Assembly (NCBI GenBank): GCA_963707635.1 | Contig: OY970173.1 | Coordinates: 1,952,001-2,016,000 of the forward strand | Length of the DNA stretch: 64,000 bases | Source of the DNA: Candidatus Latescibacterota bacterium | Lineage (GTDB): Bacteria > Krumholzibacteriota > Krumholzibacteriia > WVZY01 > JAKEHA01 | Direction of reading: 5' to 3' | Part shown: positions 60,287 to 64,000 of the stretch, piece by piece | Layout of the letters: each line of letters opens with the position of its first letter | Numbering within the stretch: the stretch's first letter is position 1 | Translations under genes and position numbers: made by a program | The notes under the pieces: model-generated | Databases searched by the model: none | What the model saw: only the letters and a program-made list of their open reading frames with translations | Told to the model about the DNA's origin: nothing

Positions 60287-60673
60287 GTGGCCACAGGCAC
60301 GACAGCCCCAGATCCCGCGCGGGCGTCGCCCGCCGACCACGAGCGCTGGTACGCGGCGCTCGGATACGTGTTCTTCCTCTGTTTCCTGGCGCTCTGGAAG
60401 GCGCGGGGAAGCGCCTTCGTTCGATTCCACGCCCGCCAGGCCTTCCTCCTGTTTTTCTCCGAGTGCGTGGCGTTCCTGGTGATCGTCGTGATCGACCGCA
60501 CCGTCGGGCGGCTACCATTCGTCGGCGTCATCGTGGTAGTGATCGCTCAGGCCGTGGTGTTTCTCACCGCCTTGTTCCTCTCCGTGATGGGCTTCGTGAA
60601 GGCGCTCTTCGGTGAACTGTGGGAGATGCCGTTCTTCGGGCCGTACCGCGAGAAAGTACCCCCGCTGGGATAG
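60287..60673 (+). CDS. DUF4870-like membrane protein
   Basis: AALGYVFFL...SAFVRFHARQA...KALFGELWEMPFFG. Confidence 0.8.
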   Translation: MATGTTAPDPARASPADHERWYAALGYVFFLCFLALWKARGSAFVRFHARQAFLLFFSECVAFLVIVVIDRTVGRLPFVGVIVVVIAQAVVFLTALFLSVMGFVKALFGELWEMPFFGPYREKVPPLG

Positions 60674-60719
60674 ATGGGGAGCGCTGGGGCGGCAACACTG
60701 CCGTCCCGTGCGGCACTAG

Positions 60720-60747
60720 GTGGCGCATAAGATATATTATGTTAACT
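60720..60747. other. Chromosome dimer resolution site dif
   Basis: GTGGCGCATAA-GATATA-TTATGTTAACT versus E. coli dif GGTGCGCATAA-TGTATA-TTATGTTAAAT; 11-6-11 layout, intergenic between convergent genes. Confidence 0.93.
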
Positions 60748-60793
60748 TGACTCACCAGCACCTTCTGCCTCCGGCGCCCGTGGCCGCTTCTCC

Positions 60794-63283
60794 CTATAGG
60801 ACGATGTTGACCAGGCGGTTCTGGATGACGATGACCCGCCGCGGTGCGCGCCCTGCGAGGGCTTCCTGGATGCGTGGGTGCGCCAGCGCGATTTCCTTCA
60901 TGCGTTCCGGGTCCGTATCCGCCGGGATCGACTCGCGCGCGCGGATCTTGCTGTTGACCTGGATGACCAGGTCGAAGGATTCCTCCTTCACGTAGCGGGC
61001 ATCCGCCTGCGGCAACGCAGTGGCGAACACGCTGTCGGCGTGGCCGAGCCGCTCCCAGAGCTCTTCGCACAGGTGCGGCGTCATCGGCGCCAAGAGCCGC
61101 ACCAGCGCGTCGAAGGCGAAGCGCACCACCGCGGCCCGCTGCGGGCCCGACGGGCCTGCCGACGCCTCGGCGAACGGTGTCAGCGCGTTGGAGAGTTCCA
61201 TGAGCGCGCTGATGGCGGTGTTGAACCGGAAATGGTCGCTCACGTCGGCCTGGACGCGCGCGATGGTCCGGTGGGCCTTGCGAAAGAGCTCGCGTTCGGA
61301 TTCCGCCAACGCTTCGTAGACGATGGACTCGAGCGCTCCCGGCAGACGGGCTGCGTGCGCCTCGTAAAAGCGCCAGATTCGATTCAGGAAACGATAACAG
61401 CCCTCGACGCTCTCGTCGTTCCACTCGATGTCGCGCTCGGGCGGCCCGCAGAACAGAATGTAGAGGCGCATGGTGTCGGCGCCCATGGGCTGGATGATGG
61501 TGTCGGGCGGCACCACGTTGCCCTTGCTCTTCGACATCTTCACACCGTCCTTGCACACCATGCCCTGGGTGAACAGGCGCGCGAAGGGCTCCCGAAACCC
61601 GATGTGCCCGCGTGCGTGCAGGAAGTGCGTGACGAAGCGCGCGTAGAGCAGGTGCAGGATGGCGTGCTCCACGCCGCCGATGTACTGGTCGACCGGCAAC
61701 CAGGCGTCGCATCGATCACGTTGAAATGCAGCCGATTGGTCATTCGGGCTCAAGTAACGCATGAAGTACCAGCTCGAATCGACGAACGTGTCCATGGTGT
61801 CGGTGTCGCGTTCGGCGCGGCCGCCGCAGCGCGGGCACTCGACCACGCGAAAGGCGTCGCTGGTGGCCAGCGGGCTCTTGCCGTCTCCGCGTGGGCGGAA
61901 GTCGACGTCGTCCGGCAGGCGCACGGGTAGCGCCTCTCGAGGCACGGGCACCACGCCGCAGCGCGGACAGTGGATCATGGGAATGGGTGCGCCCCAGTAG
62001 CGCTGGCGCGAAATCAGCCAGTCGCGCAGGCGGAAGTTCACCTTGCGCTTCCCTTTTCCCCGCCGCTCGAGCTCGTCGGCGATGCGCTCGAAGGCCGATT
62101 TCTCCGTGAGCCCGTCGAACGCACCGCTGTTCACCAGGATGCCGTTCCCGGAGTAGGAAGAGACCGGCAGCGTGGTCGCGGCGCCCGCGGCGGGACGGAT
62201 GACCTCGCGGATCGGAAGCCCGTAACGGGTGGCGAAATCGAAGTCGCGCTGGTCGTGGGCGGGAACCGCCATGATGGCTCCGGTGCCGTATTCCATGAGC
62301 ACGTAGGGCGCCATGTACACGGGAATCGATTCGCCGGTGACGGGGTTGGTCGCGTGCGTGTCGAGGAACACGCCGTCGCGCCCGGGTTCGATGCGGGACT
62401 TGCCGCTCAAACGATCGGCGGTGTAGCGCGCGATCGCGTCGCGAAACTCGCGCTCGCGCGGCGAGCCGGCGACCAGGCGCGCGACTTCCGGATGGTCCGG
62501 GGACAGCACCAGAAAGGTGGCGCCGCCGATGGTGTCCGGGCGGGTGGTGAAGCAGACCACGCTGCGCCCGGTTCCCTCGAGATCGAACGAGATCTCGAGC
62601 CCCACGCTGCGGTCGATCCAGTTGCGCTGCATGGTGACCACACGCTCCGGCCAGTCGGCCAGCCCGTCGAGGCCGTCGAGCAGCTGGTCCGCGAAATCGG
62701 TAATGCGGAAGAACCACTGCTCGAGGTCGCGTTCCTCGATCGGCGTGCCGCAGCGCTCACACGCGCCGTCCACCACCTGCTCGTTGGCCAGCACGGTCTT
62801 GTCCTTCGGGCACCAGTTGACCGAGGCGGCCTTGCGGTACGCGAGCCCGGCGTCGAACAACTCCAGGAAGAGCCACTGCGTCCAGCGATAGTAGTCGGGG
62901 TCGCACGACGTGACCTCGCGCTCCCAGTCGTAGACCACGCCCCAGTTGTGAAACTGCTGCTTCATGCGCGCGATGTTGCTCTTCGTCCACTGCGCCGGGT
63001 GGATGTCGCGCGCGATGGCGGCGTTCTCGGCCGGCAGCCCGAACGCGTCCCACCCCATCGGGGCGAGGACTTCGCACCCTTCCATCTTCTTGAAGCGCGC
63101 GAGCGCGTCGCCGATCACGTAGTTGCGCCCGTGCCCCACGTGCAGCTCGCCGGACGGGTACGGAAACATCATGAGGCAGTAAAACTTCCTCCCGGTGCGG
63201 GAGAGGTCGCAGCGCATGAGGCCCGTGCGGGCCCAGCGTTCCTGCCACTTGCGCTCGATTTCAGCGTGGGGATACTTCGCCAT
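60794..63283 (-). CDS. leuS: Leucine--tRNA ligase
   Basis: MFPYPSGELHVGH, GWDAFGLPAENAA, FTTRPDT, DWLISRQRYWG and KMSKS. Confidence 0.99.
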   Translation of the reverse strand: MAKYPHAEIERKWQERWARTGLMRCDLSRTGRKFYCLMMFPYPSGELHVGHGRNYVIGDALARFKKMEGCEVLAPMGWDAFGLPAENAAIARDIHPAQWTKSNIARMKQQFHNWGVVYDWEREVTSCDPDYYRWTQWLFLELFDAGLAYRKAASVNWCPKDKTVLANEQVVDGACERCGTPIEERDLEQWFFRITDFADQLLDGLDGLADWPERVVTMQRNWIDRSVGLEISFDLEGTGRSVVCFTTRPDTIGGATFLVLSPDHPEVARLVAGSPREREFRDAIARYTADRLSGKSRIEPGRDGVFLDTHATNPVTGESIPVYMAPYVLMEYGTGAIMAVPAHDQRDFDFATRYGLPIREVIRPAAGAATTLPVSSYSGNGILVNSGAFDGLTEKSAFERIADELERRGKGKRKVNFRLRDWLISRQRYWGAPIPMIHCPRCGVVPVPREALPVRLPDDVDFRPRGDGKSPLATSDAFRVVECPRCGGRAERDTDTMDTFVDSSWYFMRYLSPNDQSAAFQRDRCDAWLPVDQYIGGVEHAILHLLYARFVTHFLHARGHIGFREPFARLFTQGMVCKDGVKMSKSKGNVVPPDTIIQPMGADTMRLYILFCGPPERDIEWNDESVEGCYRFLNRIWRFYEAHAARLPGALESIVYEALAESERELFRKAHRTIARVQADVSDHFRFNTAISALMELSNALTPFAEASAGPSGPQRAAVVRFAFDALVRLLAPMTPHLCEELWERLGHADSVFATALPQADARYVKEESFDLVIQVNSKIRARESIPADTDPERMKEIALAHPRIQEALAGRAPRRVIVIQNRLVNIVL

Positions 63284-63327
63284 GATCGAAAGAAACGGGC
63301 AAACGGGGTTGGCCGGCGGGGCGGGCG

Positions 63328-63555
63328 CTATGCGCCCGCGAAACGCGCCAGCACGTGAAACTCGGCGCCCACATGGTCGATCTCGACCGCGGCCCCGGTG
63401 GTTTCGAGGTACGCGCGCACGTCGTCGGCGGCGTCGAGGTTGCTGACCACCACCCGCAGCATCCCGGGACGCCCCTTGGCGAGCAGCGCCTCCGCCATGA
63501 GCCGGGGGCCGGGCGTCGAGAGGCCGCGGGCGTTGATGCGAACGTCGTTCTCCAT
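63328..63555 (-). CDS. TusA/SirA-like protein lacking the conserved Cys
   Basis: INARGLSTPGP aligns with the D-x-R-G-L-x-C-P-x-P motif; length and LRVVVSNLDAADDV fit the TusA fold. Confidence 0.7.
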   Translation of the reverse strand: MENDVRINARGLSTPGPRLMAEALLAKGRPGMLRVVVSNLDAADDVRAYLETTGAAVEIDHVGAEFHVLARFAGA

Positions 63556-63579
63556 GCGTCGACCGGTCAGGCGGTCAAT

Positions 63580-64000
63580 CTACGGCCCGGTTTCCGCACT
63601 GGCAAGCCTTTTCCCGACGTGCGAGGCGAGCAACGCCTCCTCGACCACGCTGCGGGAATCGAGGGATGTGGTCTTCAGCTTCAAGTCCGCCCAGCGCAGG
63701 TTGGCGAGCAAGGTCTCGAGTGCGGCGGGGGTGGTCTTCGCGGCCTGCTCTCGCAGCCGCGCGGCGAAAAACGGGCTGGTGGTACTCGCGATGTGCTCGG
63801 CGAGCGCGCGGTCGGAACCGACCGCACGCCCGCGCTCGGCCACGACGCGCTGCACTTCCATCAGGTTCACGACCCGGCGAAGCAGCATCGCCACCAGGAA
63901 CACCGGCTCCTCCCCCGCGTCCACCAGCGACGCGAGGCGTGTGAGCGTCGTCGCCGGCGGAGACGTGCCCGCGCCGTCGAGCAGCGAGAACAGACTCTCC
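63580..64000 (-). CDS. holA: DNA polymerase III delta subunit, C-terminal part
   Basis: Frame open to the window edge: SLFSLLD...LVDAGEEPVFLVAML...ADLKLKTTSLDSRSVVEE; neighbour of leuS. Confidence 0.75.
   Translation of the reverse strand, partial: ESLFSLLDGAGTSPPATTLTRLASLVDAGEEPVFLVAMLLRRVVNLMEVQRVVAERGRAVGSDRALAEHIASTTSPFFAARLREQAAKTTPAALETLLANLRWADLKLKTTSLDSRSVVEEALLASHVGKRLASAETGP

Overview
A high-GC bacterial chromosomal window, mostly core housekeeping genes on the + strand. In order: secA (partial), smg-topA-trmFO-xerC, dapF, an Omp85-protease, proS, rpsT, xerD, trpS-scpA-scpB-rluB-hisC-cmk/plsC-rpsA-lapA-lapB, mutS, mutL-miaA, DUF512-der-plsY-gpsA, metH, surE-pcm-sigma-apt, leuS and holA (partial). 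There are four tRNAs: Gly-CCC, Pro-GGG, Pro-CGG and Arg-CCT. The gene content suggests a diderm of the FCB group, such as a Krumholzibacteria/Latescibacterota/Eisenbacteria-like lineage (inference). A near-canonical 28-bp dif site at 60720-60747 sits where gene orientation flips, so this is probably the replication terminus, with xerC and xerD both in the window. The best candidate for something undescribed is at about 56640-56870 on the minus strand: a sigma54-like promoter, a strong SD, a 15-codon ORF (MRIELIDLLWFLRRR), alternative hairpins and a CU-rich tract. It lies between a PDZ-multiTM-GAF-PP2C receptor and a membrane peptidase. Other oddities are a 4-Cys insert in SecA, a Rossmann-3xGAF-degenerate GGDEF protein between mutS and mutL, an RpoS-like sigma gene starting 10 nt after a tRNA, a Cys-less TusA homologue, and a large Cys-rich secreted protein beside tRNA-Pro. 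All calls come from motif recognition by eye; no searches were run.
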